From positions 576,001-640,000 of the forward strand of contig CAWFXA010000003.1 of the NCBI GenBank assembly GCA_963819655.1: a stretch of DNA of 64,000 bases, in the 5' to 3' direction. Positions 21,600 through 30,771 of the stretch are shown here, piece by piece (the stretch's first letter is position 1; each line of letters begins with the position of its first letter). Origin of the DNA: an uncultured Chloroflexia bacterium (GTDB lineage Bacteria > Chloroflexota > Limnocylindria > Limnocylindrales > CSP1-4). The translations under genes and the position numbers were made by a program. The notes under the pieces were generated by a model. The model made no database searches and was not told where the DNA came from. It was given only the letters and a program-made list of their open reading frames with translations.

Positions 21600-21898
21600 G
21601 TGGAGTTCGAAGACTCCTCCTCCGGACTCAGGATCGGGTCCGGGAGGTGGGTCTCCAGGGACGCTTCGCGGCGCGTGTTGCGCGATCGCAGCATGTTGAG
21701 GGAGACCCGCCCGACGACCGTCGTCAACCAGGCCCGCAGGTTGTCGACATCGCTCGTGTCGGTGCGGCTCAGACGGACCCAGGCTTCCTGGGCGGCATCG
21801 TCCGCCTCGGTCAGGGAGCCGAGCATCCGAAAGGCGACGCCGCGCAGGTGGGGGCGGTTCGCCTCGAAGCGCTCGGCGAGCCAGTCCTGGTCGTTCAC
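21600..21898 (-). pseudogene. Truncated ECF41 (SigJ-like) sigma factor, region 2 only
   Basis: WLAERFEANRPHLRGVAFRMLGSLTEADDAAQEAWVRL...LPDPILSPEEE, then similarity ends with no nearby stop. Confidence 0.8.
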
Positions 21899-21936
21899 AT
21901 GTCCTTGACCCGCGGGCCCGCGCTCATGTGACCGAT

Positions 21937-22281
21937 TCAGGGAGCCTCGGCGAACGCGATCGCGTTCCCATCCGGATCCGGGATGTTCACGTGGCGGACG
22001 CCGTTCGAGTAGGTCTCGATCGGTTCGTGCTCGATGCCCTGGGCCGCGAGGTGCTCCAGGAGCCCGTCGAGCCCGGTCACCCCGAGCGTGATCCTGCCCG
22101 CGCCCGCCTGCGCCGCGTTCGGCTCGATGAAGAGCGTGGCGTGCTCGTCGATGTCCCAGAGCACCTCGTCCCCGGCGTGCATGTCCGGGGGTCGCCCGAA
22201 GAACCGCGTGTACCAATCGATGCTGGCGTCGAGATCGGAGACCGGGACACCTGCGTAGAGGTTGGTGATCGCGCCCTGCAC
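21937..22281 (-). CDS. VOC family protein
   Basis: VPVSDLDASIDWY...DPDGNAIAF. Confidence 0.88.
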   Translation of the reverse strand: MQGAITNLYAGVPVSDLDASIDWYTRFFGRPPDMHAGDEVLWDIDEHATLFIEPNAAQAGAGRITLGVTGLDGLLEHLAAQGIEHEPIETYSNGVRHVNIPDPDGNAIAFAEAP

Positions 22282-22293
22282 TGCATCTCCCTC

Positions 22294-23700
22294 TCAGCCG
22301 CTCATTGGCTCCACGTTGTGGTTCAGGTGGAAGACGTTGGTCGGGTCCCATGCCCGCTTGAGCGCACCGAGGCGCTCGAGCTTGGCGTCGCCGTAACTTG
22401 ACCGAGTCACCTCGGGGCCGGCGTCGGACAGCTCGTTGATGTAACGGCCCGGAAGGCGGTCGGGCTCCACGATCGCCATCGCCTGGCGTACCCATTCCAT
22501 ATTCGCCGCGTCGAGGTCCGGGTCGGACCACCCCGTGTCGGGGCTCACGTCGAACGGCACGGTTCGCCCGGTGAAGGCCATCGCGTCGTCCGGGATGCGA
22601 GCGATCGCGCCGCCCATCGCCGTCACAGAGATGCTGCTGTCGCCCGGAACGCGCTCCACGTGCGCGACGAATGCATCCAGCACCGCCGGGGAGCAATCCG
22701 CGACGTAGCCGCCGAGGATAGCCGTCCGGGACCCCCAGGCGAGGTCGAGGTCGCTAGAGCGCTGGGCAACCAGGTACTCCTCGCTGGTGGCCGTCACCGA
22801 AGCCGGTGCCGGGCCCTTGAGCAACGAGGCGATCTCGCGCTCGACGTCCTCCCCTGCCCCGCTGTGGTTGTAGGAGATGACGACGATGGGCCGGCCGGCG
22901 ACGGCATCGGGATAGTTCGCGGCCGGCTCGGCAAGGGCGACAGTGAAGATCGCCGCGATCGTGTCGGGCGCCGCCGCCGCGAACTCGCGAAAGATCGGCC
23001 ACAGCTCCTGGATGTCGGTCGCCGGGTGGACGTGCACTCCTCGGTGGAGGGTCCCCGGAAATGGATGGACCTCGAGCTCGAGACTCGTCGCGACGCCGAA
23101 GTTCGCGCCTGCGCCGCACAGGCCCCAGAACAGCTCCGGCTCCTCGTCCGCGCTGGCCCGCACGACGCGCCCGTCGGCGGTCACGAGCTCGACCGCGCGC
23201 AGGCTATCGATCGTCAGCCCGAACCGCCGCTGCAGCCGGCCGACGCCGCCACCGAGCGTCAGCCCGGCCACGCCGGTATGGCCGACGACTCCCACCGGAC
23301 AGACGAGCCCGTGCTCCTGCGCCGCGATGTCGAGCTTGCCGAGCAGCGCCCCGCCGCCGGCCCGGGCGAGCCGCCGCGCCGGGTCGACGCTGACGTCGCT
23401 CATCAGCCCGAGATCGATGACCAGACCGCCGTCGGTCGTCGAGTGCCCGACCGCGCTGTGACCGCCGCCGCGGACGGCGATCTCGAGGTCGCGCTCGCGG
23501 CCGAAACGGACGGCGGCGACCACGTCGTCGACGTTCGAGGGTCGGACGATCAGGGTCGGTCGACGATCGAACATCGCATTCCAGACGCGCCGGGCATCGT
23601 CGTAGCCGGCGGCATCCGGCGTGACGACCTCGCCCGCGAAGGATCGCTGAAACTCATCGAGTTGGGCCCGGGTTGGCATGACGGCGTGCGAGAAGGTCAT
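22294..23700 (-). CDS. FAD-binding oxidoreductase (FAD_binding_4 plus berberine-bridge domain)
   Basis: VRGGGHS, GLTLGGG, GAGANFGV, LKRAWDPTNVF. Confidence 0.93.
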   Translation of the reverse strand: MTFSHAVMPTRAQLDEFQRSFAGEVVTPDAAGYDDARRVWNAMFDRRPTLIVRPSNVDDVVAAVRFGRERDLEIAVRGGGHSAVGHSTTDGGLVIDLGLMSDVSVDPARRLARAGGGALLGKLDIAAQEHGLVCPVGVVGHTGVAGLTLGGGVGRLQRRFGLTIDSLRAVELVTADGRVVRASADEEPELFWGLCGAGANFGVATSLELEVHPFPGTLHRGVHVHPATDIQELWPIFREFAAAAPDTIAAIFTVALAEPAANYPDAVAGRPIVVISYNHSGAGEDVEREIASLLKGPAPASVTATSEEYLVAQRSSDLDLAWGSRTAILGGYVADCSPAVLDAFVAHVERVPGDSSISVTAMGGAIARIPDDAMAFTGRTVPFDVSPDTGWSDPDLDAANMEWVRQAMAIVEPDRLPGRYINELSDAGPEVTRSSYGDAKLERLGALKRAWDPTNVFHLNHNVEPMSG

Positions 23701-23728
23701 GCGGGGAGCCTAGTCCGTCGAGCGGCCG

Positions 23729-24613
23729 TTAGTCGCGGGGAAGGGCCGTGGGGGCCGACTCCGTGCGGACGGCGCCCACGCTCGCGGCCGTCACACACGC
23801 CATCGCCAGCAGTTGCAGGGGCGCGAGCACCTCGCTGAGCAGGACCGCGGCGACGAGGGCAGCGGCGGCCGGTTCCAGGCTCATCAAGATGCCGAACACC
23901 CGCGGCGGCATGGTGCGCAGCGCCACCATCTCGAGGCTGTAGGGGACCACCGAACTCAGCAGGCCGACCAGCGCCCCCAACACCAGCAGACGGGGATCGA
24001 GCAGCCGCTCGCCGGCGACCACCACCGCGAACGGTGCGATCGCCAGCGTGGCGATGGTGCTGGCCACGGCCAGCCCCTCGACGCCGGCCCAGCGGCGTCC
24101 CGTGGCTGCCGTGGCGACGATGTACAGCGCCCAGCAGCCGCCTGCGAACAGCGCCAGACCGAACCCGAGGGGGTCGACGTTGGTCGGGCCGGCGCCGAGC
24201 AGGACGATGCCGAGGGCGGCCAGGCCCACCCACACCAGGTCGCGGGGCCGCCGGCTGCCGACCGCGGCCAGCAATAGCGGACCCCAGAACTCGATGGTGA
24301 CCGCCACACCGAGCGGGATGCGGGCGAACGACTCGTAGAACGCCCAGTTCATCGCGCCGAGCGCGAACCCCAGCGCCAGCACCGGCCGCCAGTCGGTGGC
24401 CGACCGGCCGCGCAGCCGCGGCCGGACAAAGGCGAGCAGGACCAGGGAACTGGTGGTCAGCCGGAGGAACACCATCCCGACCGGTGGGATCTCTCCGAAC
24501 TGGCCTTTGGAGATCACGGCACCGAACTGCACCGACAGGATGCCGATCAGAACCAGCCAGACAGGAGACAAGCGGGGCGTGGCCACGCGGTCCAGGGCCT
24601 CGTGGGACGGCAT
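23729..24613 (-). CDS. EamA/RhtA-like DMT exporter
   Basis: IPLGVAVTIEFWGPL, PYSLEMVALR, LMSLEPA. Confidence 0.9.
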   Translation of the reverse strand: MPSHEALDRVATPRLSPVWLVLIGILSVQFGAVISKGQFGEIPPVGMVFLRLTTSSLVLLAFVRPRLRGRSATDWRPVLALGFALGAMNWAFYESFARIPLGVAVTIEFWGPLLLAAVGSRRPRDLVWVGLAALGIVLLGAGPTNVDPLGFGLALFAGGCWALYIVATAATGRRWAGVEGLAVASTIATLAIAPFAVVVAGERLLDPRLLVLGALVGLLSSVVPYSLEMVALRTMPPRVFGILMSLEPAAAALVAAVLLSEVLAPLQLLAMACVTAASVGAVRTESAPTALPRD

Positions 24614-24646
24614 GCGCGGACGGTACGACACCTGTCCCGGTGTGGC

Positions 24647-24680
24647 TTGACAGGACCGTTATACAACCGTATGGTTGTAT
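24647..24680 (+). promoter_or_regulatory. Sigma70 promoter with overlapping ArsR operator; probably leaderless transcript
   Basis: TTGACA-N17-TATGGT; dyad ATACAACC-GTAT-GGTTGTAT at 24661-24680; ATG at 24683. Confidence 0.8.
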
Positions 24681-24682
24681 CA

Positions 24683-25018
24683 ATGCAAACAGCATTTGAC
24701 CCCGACGCCATCTTCGCGGCCATGGCCGATGCCACTCGACGCGACATCGTGTTGCGTGCGTTGAGCGGCCGCGAGGGCGTTGCCGAGCTCGCCGCGCACT
24801 ACCCGATGAGCTTCGCGGCGGTGCAGAAGCACGTCGCGGTCCTCGAGCGTGCCGGCCTGGTCACCAAGCATCGCAGCGGCCGCCGCAAGCTCGTGCGGAC
24901 CAACATCGAGGGGCTCCGCCTGGCGCGCGGGCTGCTCGACCAGCTCGAGGCCCTGTGGCGCGGCCGCATCGATCGGATGACCGACCTCATCACCCGCAGC
25001 AAGGAGATCCAGGCATGA
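24683..25018 (+). CDS. ArsR/SmtB family regulator
   Basis: FAAMADATRRDIV...AVQKHVAVLERAGLV. Confidence 0.92.
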   Translation: MQTAFDPDAIFAAMADATRRDIVLRALSGREGVAELAAHYPMSFAAVQKHVAVLERAGLVTKHRSGRRKLVRTNIEGLRLARGLLDQLEALWRGRIDRMTDLITRSKEIQA

Positions 25019-25515
25019 CTGTCACCTCCGTCCAAAAGGATCCAGAGGCCCTGACCCTGACCGTGACGGCCGAGTTCGACGCGACCCCGGAACGTGTCTG
25101 GGACTTGTGGGCCGATCCGCGCAAGCTCGAGCGATGGTGGGGTCCCCCGACCTACCCGGCGACCTTCACGGCCCACGACCTGGCGCCCGGCAGCCGGGTC
25201 GAATACCACATGACCGGGCCGAGCGGCGATCAGCCGCGCGGCTACTGGGACATCCTCGAGGCCGAGCCACCGCGTCGGCTCGTCTTCCGCGATGGGTTCG
25301 CCAATGACGACGGCTCACCCAACGACGACTTCCCTCGTAATGAGGTCCAGGCGACGATCGAGCCGATCGAGGCAGGACGCAGCCGCATGTTCATCGAAAG
25401 CCGCTTCCCCAGCACTGAGGCGATGCAGCAGTTGGTCGCCATGGGCATGGTGGAAGGCCTCACCGAAGCCGTCGGCCAGATCGACGCGCTTCTCGCGGAA
25501 GGAAACCCAGCATGA
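25015..25515 (+). CDS. SRPBCC/AHSA1-like protein
   Basis: ERVWDLWADPRKLERWWGP; ATGA overlap with ArsR gene. Confidence 0.9.
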   Translation: MTVTSVQKDPEALTLTVTAEFDATPERVWDLWADPRKLERWWGPPTYPATFTAHDLAPGSRVEYHMTGPSGDQPRGYWDILEAEPPRRLVFRDGFANDDGSPNDDFPRNEVQATIEPIEAGRSRMFIESRFPSTEAMQQLVAMGMVEGLTEAVGQIDALLAEGNPA

Positions 25516-26384
25516 CCACGATGACCGAGCCGACCACGCAAACCCTGGACGTTCCGGGGGCCACGCTCACGTACGACGTCCGGAAGACCGACTCCCCTGC
25601 CCCGGTGCTGTTCATGATCGGGTCGCCGATGGGCGCCGGCGGCTTCGGCACCCTTGCCGGGCATTTCACCGATCGCACGGTCGTGACCTACGACCCGCGC
25701 GGCGTGGAGCGCAGCACGAAAGCCGATCCGGCCAGCCAGTCCACGCCCGAGCAGCACGCGGACGACGTGCATCGCATCATCACCGAGCTCGGTCTGGGCC
25801 CGGTCGATCTCTTTGCCAGCAGCGGTGGCGCGGTCAACGCGCTCGCCCTCGTCGCGAAGCACCCGGAAGATGTCCGGACGCTCGTTGCGCACGAGCCGCC
25901 GCTCGCGTCCATCCTGCCGGATCGCGAGGGCGCGATGGCATACACCCAGGCGATCCATGACACGTACCAGCGCAGCGGGTTCGGCGCCGGGATGGCGCAG
26001 TTCATCGCCGCCGTCAGCCACGCGGGACCCATCACCCTGGAGTTCGCCGCCCAACCGGGTCCCGATCCGGCGATGTTCGGGCTGCCCACCGAGGATGACG
26101 GCAACCGAACCGACGTCCTGCTCGGACAGAACATCGTCACCTGCACGCACTACGAGCCCGACTTCGACGCGTTGCGGGCGGCCTCGACGCGGATCGTGCT
26201 GTGTTCCGGTGTGGAGTCCGAGGGTCAGATGGCGAGCCGTGGTGCGCACGCCGCGGCCGAGCGGCTGGGCACCACCCCGGTGTCGTTCCCCAGCGACCAC
26301 GGCGGCTTCCTCGGCGGCGAGTACGGCCAGGCCGGCGATCCGGATGCCTTCGCCGCAAAGCTGCGCGAGGTCCTCGCGGACTGA
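25512..26384 (+). CDS. Alpha/beta hydrolase
   Basis: TYDPRG, ASSGGA nucleophile elbow, HEPP, DHGGF. Confidence 0.9.
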   Translation: MTTMTEPTTQTLDVPGATLTYDVRKTDSPAPVLFMIGSPMGAGGFGTLAGHFTDRTVVTYDPRGVERSTKADPASQSTPEQHADDVHRIITELGLGPVDLFASSGGAVNALALVAKHPEDVRTLVAHEPPLASILPDREGAMAYTQAIHDTYQRSGFGAGMAQFIAAVSHAGPITLEFAAQPGPDPAMFGLPTEDDGNRTDVLLGQNIVTCTHYEPDFDALRAASTRIVLCSGVESEGQMASRGAHAAAERLGTTPVSFPSDHGGFLGGEYGQAGDPDAFAAKLREVLAD

Positions 26385-26468
26385 CATCAAATCCCCAGCG
26401 AACAGACGCCCGCCCGGCACCGTCGAGCGGGCGTTGCCATGTCTCGCGTGCGGTCTAGTCTTGAGGCC

Positions 26469-27611
26469 ATGAATCTGGTCGTGGCTTCGTTCGTCACCGT
26501 CGACGGCATCGTCGAGGCGCCGGGGTTCGACGAGCACCGCAGCGGCCGTAACGCCTGGGCTCTCCGCGTCCAGAACGAGGAGGATCGGGAATACAACAAG
26601 GCCCAGGCGATGTCGGCGGACGCATTCCTGCTGGGCCGTCGGACGTGGCAGATCTGGGCGGCGTTCTGGCCGACCGCCAGCGGCGGCGATCCGGAACTGA
26701 CCGAGCAGATAAATCGCATCCCGAAGTACGTCGTCTCCAACTCGTTGAAGCGGGCGGACTGGAGCAACTCGACCATCATCTCGGGGGACCTGGCCGCTCA
26801 GGTCGCGAAGCTGAAGGCGCAGCCGGGCGGCGACCTGATGGTGTTCGGCAGTCCGGACCTGGTCGATGAGCTCCTGCGACATGACCTCGTGGACGAATAT
26901 CGACTGCAGGTCTACCCGGTCATCCTGGGCAGCGGCAAGCGCCTGTTCCGAGACCGCATCGACACGCACCACCTACGCCTCGTCGGTTCGCGCACCTTCA
27001 GTTCGGGAGTCGTTCTTCTGACGTATGCACCAAACCCCGACGAGCCGACGAGCCGCTTCGTCGAGGAATACCGGTGGACGAACGAGCAGGTCCGGTCCCT
27101 GCAGGCAGCGGAAGACATCGACCGCACGTTGGCGACCGTCCTCTTCGCGGACATCGTCGACTCGACCGGTCGCGCAGCCGCCATGGGCGACCGGGCCTGG
27201 AAGAAGCTCCTCGAGCAGCACCATCGAGTGGTCCACGGCGAAGTCGAGCGGTGGCACGGCCAGAACGTGGAGTTCTCGGGCGATGGCGTGATGGCGGTCT
27301 TCGACGCGCCGACGCGAGCCCTTCGGTGTGCCTTCGACCTGGTTGATGCAGCGCGGGGCCTCGACGTCGAGATCCGCGCGGGTATCCATACGGGCGAGAT
27401 CGAACGGCGTGAGACCGGCATCGGGGGGATCGCCGTGCATATCGCCGCGCGACTGCTCGGTCCGGCGGAAACCGGCCAGGTAGTCGTGAGCAAGACCGTG
27501 CGTGACCTCGTCACCGGTACCGACCTGACGTTCCGGCCGCTCGGCGCGGTCAGCTTGCGTGGCGTGCCCGGGGAGTGGGAGCTGTTCGAGGCGAAGACGT
27601 CGGACCGCTGA
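26469..27611 (+). CDS. RibD-C/DHFR-like domain fused to class III nucleotide cyclase
   Basis: N-terminal FVTVDGIV, LLGRRTW, PVILGSGKRLF; C-terminal VLFADIVDST, EFSGDG, RAGIHTGE, AVHIAAR, LRGVPGEW in one ORF. Confidence 0.9.
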   Translation: MNLVVASFVTVDGIVEAPGFDEHRSGRNAWALRVQNEEDREYNKAQAMSADAFLLGRRTWQIWAAFWPTASGGDPELTEQINRIPKYVVSNSLKRADWSNSTIISGDLAAQVAKLKAQPGGDLMVFGSPDLVDELLRHDLVDEYRLQVYPVILGSGKRLFRDRIDTHHLRLVGSRTFSSGVVLLTYAPNPDEPTSRFVEEYRWTNEQVRSLQAAEDIDRTLATVLFADIVDSTGRAAAMGDRAWKKLLEQHHRVVHGEVERWHGQNVEFSGDGVMAVFDAPTRALRCAFDLVDAARGLDVEIRAGIHTGEIERRETGIGGIAVHIAARLLGPAETGQVVVSKTVRDLVTGTDLTFRPLGAVSLRGVPGEWELFEAKTSDR

Positions 27612-27643
27612 GACGGCCTGCCGGGGTTGCCCGGCCGGTAGCG

Positions 27644-28642
27644 CTACTCTCCGCGGCGGTGCGCGGCCGCGAGGCTCCCGAGCGCCTGCGGATCGAGTGA
27701 GTCGTGCGGGACGCCGGCAACGCGGCCCGGCGTGCGCGCCCACAACGTCGCCGTCCGCGTCCCGTTCAGGAGAGCTGCACGCTCGCCGACGACGGCGCCG
27801 GGGCCGATCTCTGCGACCTCGCGGTCGTCGACTTCGACGACGAAGATCCCGTCGAGGATCAGGAAGACTTCCGTTCCGGCCTGCCCCTGCCGTACCAGGG
27901 TCTCGCCCTCGGCGATGGTCCGGATCTTCGGCTTGGCCCCTCCGCTCATGATCGCGCTCGACAGCGATCGCTCGAGCGCCGACTCGACCGCGGCGACCAC
28001 GGTCGGCGAGTCCTGCGTGCCCCACGGCGTTCGCTCGCCGAACGAGTCCTTGAACCACTTCCCGAAGTCGATGACGCCGGACTTCTCGGTGAGTCGCCCC
28101 CCGTCGTCGTAGATCCAATGGCGCGGGAACGCGCTCGCGCCAACGAGCTCGTGGCTCGAGCTGCCGTCCGCGTTGATCGTCAGGGCGAGGGTCGTCCAGG
28201 CGATCGAGGGCCAGAACTGGACGAATGGCTTGTGGGGCACGGGGCGCGGCGTCGGAAGGCCCATCCGGCCGCCGACCGTCTGGACGAAGCGGACGGACGA
28301 TTCGCCGATCTCGGGCTCCGCCTGGATGTCCGGCAGCTGGACCGCGGGGAACCGCATGGCCGCCGGACCGACCTTGACGGTCGTCGCGCCGATGTGGCCC
28401 ATGCCCAGGTGGCCGGCGCGCACGATCCGGTCGCCGTCGACCTCGATGAACCCGCGTAGCTCGTTCGCTTCGCGGAAACGGTCGCTCGTCCGGAGCTGCT
28501 CGATATCCTCCAGCCGATCCGGCGGCGGTTCGTCGTAATGGGTGACGCCGAACTCGAACGGGATCTTCGATGGCCCGCTGATGGCCTCTGACGGGATCCA
28601 GGACACCGCGGTGACGGACGACTCGAAGCGCTGCGTGGCCAC
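27644..28642 (-). CDS. Uncharacterised N-terminal domain plus C-terminal cNMP-binding domain
   Basis: GETLVRQG, VFLILDG, GPGAVVGERAAL..GTRTATL; GAGGTG RBS before GTG 28642. Confidence 0.88.
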   Translation of the reverse strand: MATQRFESSVTAVSWIPSEAISGPSKIPFEFGVTHYDEPPPDRLEDIEQLRTSDRFREANELRGFIEVDGDRIVRAGHLGMGHIGATTVKVGPAAMRFPAVQLPDIQAEPEIGESSVRFVQTVGGRMGLPTPRPVPHKPFVQFWPSIAWTTLALTINADGSSSHELVGASAFPRHWIYDDGGRLTEKSGVIDFGKWFKDSFGERTPWGTQDSPTVVAAVESALERSLSSAIMSGGAKPKIRTIAEGETLVRQGQAGTEVFLILDGIFVVEVDDREVAEIGPGAVVGERAALLNGTRTATLWARTPGRVAGVPHDSLDPQALGSLAAAHRRGE

Positions 28643-28736
28643 GGAAGACACCTCATGCGGGAGCCGCAGGTCATGATCCGGCGGCTTGCCGATTATGGGG
28701 GTGCCGCGTTGCTGGACGTCGAACGCAGGAAATGCG

Positions 28737-28771
28737 GCGACCCCCGGCATCCTTCAAGAGCCGGGGGTCGC
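28737..28771 (-). terminator. Putative intrinsic terminator hairpin after the haloperoxidase-like gene
   Basis: 12-bp stem GCGACCCCCGGC/GCCGGGGGTCGC with short weak T tail. Confidence 0.6.
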
Positions 28772-28795
28772 GTGTCTGCTAGGTGGTCTGGGTGG

Positions 28796-30109
28796 TCAGT
28801 CTGCTCGCTCGAAGTAGCGCGTCGAGAGCCATCTCGCGACCCTCTCGCCGAGCCACGCTCCCTGGACGTCGGCTCGACGGAAATGGATGCCGATGAGGAT
28901 CCGACCTTCGATCGCGTCGTTGATGGGTCCACTGAATCGGGTGTACTGCCGGGTGACCGGCGACGCCCCGACGCTCGTCAGGCTGAACCGCATCCTGTTC
29001 GTCCCGAAGTACGCGCGAGCGGCGTTCATCGTCCCGGACGTGAAGCAGTTGAAGCCCGACGGTGGATCCGGGTAACCCGGGTTCGCGACCAGCGACGTCC
29101 AGCCGGTATCGGCCACGGTGGCTGGGTTCCCGTCTGTATCTGCCAGTTGGATCGCCGTCTGTGGCCGCCAGAAGTGCCAGTGATCCTTGTTCTCCCAACA
29201 CGCGATCAGCGAATCAGCAGCCGACATGGTCGTCATGACGAACAGCCGTGCCTGCTGGCTGGTCGACAGATGCCGCTTCGTGGCGATGTCACGGATCCCG
29301 CGGTTGAGCATCGCGAAGGGATTCACCGACGCCCAGCTGGCGATCTGGGCCTGCGCAGGGGTCCGGGTCGAGGTCGCCCCTCCAAGCCTCTTGACCTCGT
29401 TGAAGTCCCGGGCATAGGCGGCGCTCTCGAGTGGGTACGGCGCCCCGATGCGGTACTGGTCCGCGCGCCGCAACGTGAACGGCTTGACGAGGCTGACCCA
29501 TCCGAAGGAGTTCGCGTTGGCCGGTGGCAGTGGGCGCCAATCGCCGGGCAGGGTCCCGACCGCGAACGCGTACGTTCCGAAGCGGCCGTCGCCGACGCGA
29601 GCAGCGAGCATCTTCGCCGCTGCGGCCTTGCCGACCGTGATCCCGCGCTGCTTGGCTGTTCCACCGCGGATCTTCGCAAGGGACGTGGCGTAGAGGCTGT
29701 CCAGGCTCGTCTTCACCGCCGGCATCGTTGCCGGGGTGAGGCCGACGAGGACCCCATGCGCCGCGGCCGCGACGGCAGCCGCCTGGGAGGACGACCTCCG
29801 CGCGTTGAGTCCCTTCAGGTACGGCTCGTGGGTGTCGACGATCGCCATCACCGCGTCGTAGATCGCGCCGTGGACCATCGCGAGGTGGATCGGCGCGAGC
29901 GGGGGTGGCTGGCCGAGGCCGGGCGTCGTCGCGTCTGGGGGGTTGCCGATCGCGTTGACCGCGTTGATGTTCCACTCCAGGACCATGTTGTTCGGCTCGC
30001 CGGCCGCGACCGATGTGGCCGGGATCAGCAACGAGATCGCGATCAATGCGATCGCGATCGGTGCCGATAACCAGCGCCTGGTTCTCGAACCCTGCCGGGA
30101 GTGCGTCAT
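28796..30109 (-). CDS. Secreted vanadium haloperoxidase/PAP2 superfamily protein
   Basis: Signal peptide; KDHWHFWRP, PPSGF, RILIGIHFR motifs. Confidence 0.88.
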   Translation of the reverse strand: MTHSRQGSRTRRWLSAPIAIALIAISLLIPATSVAAGEPNNMVLEWNINAVNAIGNPPDATTPGLGQPPPLAPIHLAMVHGAIYDAVMAIVDTHEPYLKGLNARRSSSQAAAVAAAAHGVLVGLTPATMPAVKTSLDSLYATSLAKIRGGTAKQRGITVGKAAAAKMLAARVGDGRFGTYAFAVGTLPGDWRPLPPANANSFGWVSLVKPFTLRRADQYRIGAPYPLESAAYARDFNEVKRLGGATSTRTPAQAQIASWASVNPFAMLNRGIRDIATKRHLSTSQQARLFVMTTMSAADSLIACWENKDHWHFWRPQTAIQLADTDGNPATVADTGWTSLVANPGYPDPPSGFNCFTSGTMNAARAYFGTNRMRFSLTSVGASPVTRQYTRFSGPINDAIEGRILIGIHFRRADVQGAWLGERVARWLSTRYFERAD

Positions 30110-30390
30110 GACGTCCTTCCTCGAACCTGCGGGTCGTGGTGGGCGCCGAGCGCCCTGGCTGTTGAGAGCTCGGATCGGACCCTCGAACGCCACCCGTGAT
30201 CGGTCATCGCGTCCCTCCGTTCGCCTTGTGGCCCCACCGCGACCCCGTCCGGGGTCGGCCTTCGCCGGCATCAGCCGTCTGGCGCACTGCCCCTCGGTGT
30301 GCGGGCCTTCTGATTCATAGGGGCGTCGAAATGAGGGATTCGGTTCGAATTTCTCCGGTACGCGATCGACGCTTCGGTACACTGGGGACC

Positions 30391-30762
30391 ATGGACCTTG
30401 GCGCGTTCTCCGTGAGCCTGTCCGTGAAGGACCTCGAGGCGTCGAAGCGCTTCTACGAGAAGCTCGGGTTCGCGCCGGTCATGGGCGAGGCTACGGACGG
30501 CTGGCTGATCCTCAAGAACGGTGACCACGTCATCGGCCTGTTCCAGGGGATGTTCGAGAGGAACTCGCTGACGTTCAATCCCGGCTGGGACCGCGACGCC
30601 AACGCTGTCGAGTCATTCACCGACGTCCGCGAGCTCCAGCGACGACTGAAGGAGCAGGGCGTCGAGTTCGTCAGCGAGGTCGACGAGTCCGGGTCCGGCC
30701 CGGGCAGCTTCATCGTCGTCGACCCGGACGGCAATCCGATCCTCGTCGACCAGCACGTCTGA
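30391..30762 (+). CDS. VOC family protein
   Basis: MDLGAFSVSLSVKDLEASKRFYEKLGF...DPDGNPILVDQHV. Confidence 0.92.
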   Translation: MDLGAFSVSLSVKDLEASKRFYEKLGFAPVMGEATDGWLILKNGDHVIGLFQGMFERNSLTFNPGWDRDANAVESFTDVRELQRRLKEQGVEFVSEVDESGSGPGSFIVVDPDGNPILVDQHV

Positions 30763-30771
30763 GCCGTCGGC

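Noticed and set aside
20507-22696. 729-aa minus-strand ORF
   Set aside because: Composite of off-frame sequence, the real ECF41 fragment and the antisense shadow of the sigma gene
26469-28642. Pycsar anti-phage system (cyclase plus cNMP effector)
   Set aside because: Genes are convergent rather than operonic, the cyclase is LipJ-like rather than PycC-like, and the effector has no TIR or TM domain
30190-30300. c-di-GMP or c-di-AMP riboswitch
   Set aside because: GGCGAA and a hairpin are present, but I could not find the GNRA/receptor and GCAAA elements or the ydaO core motifs
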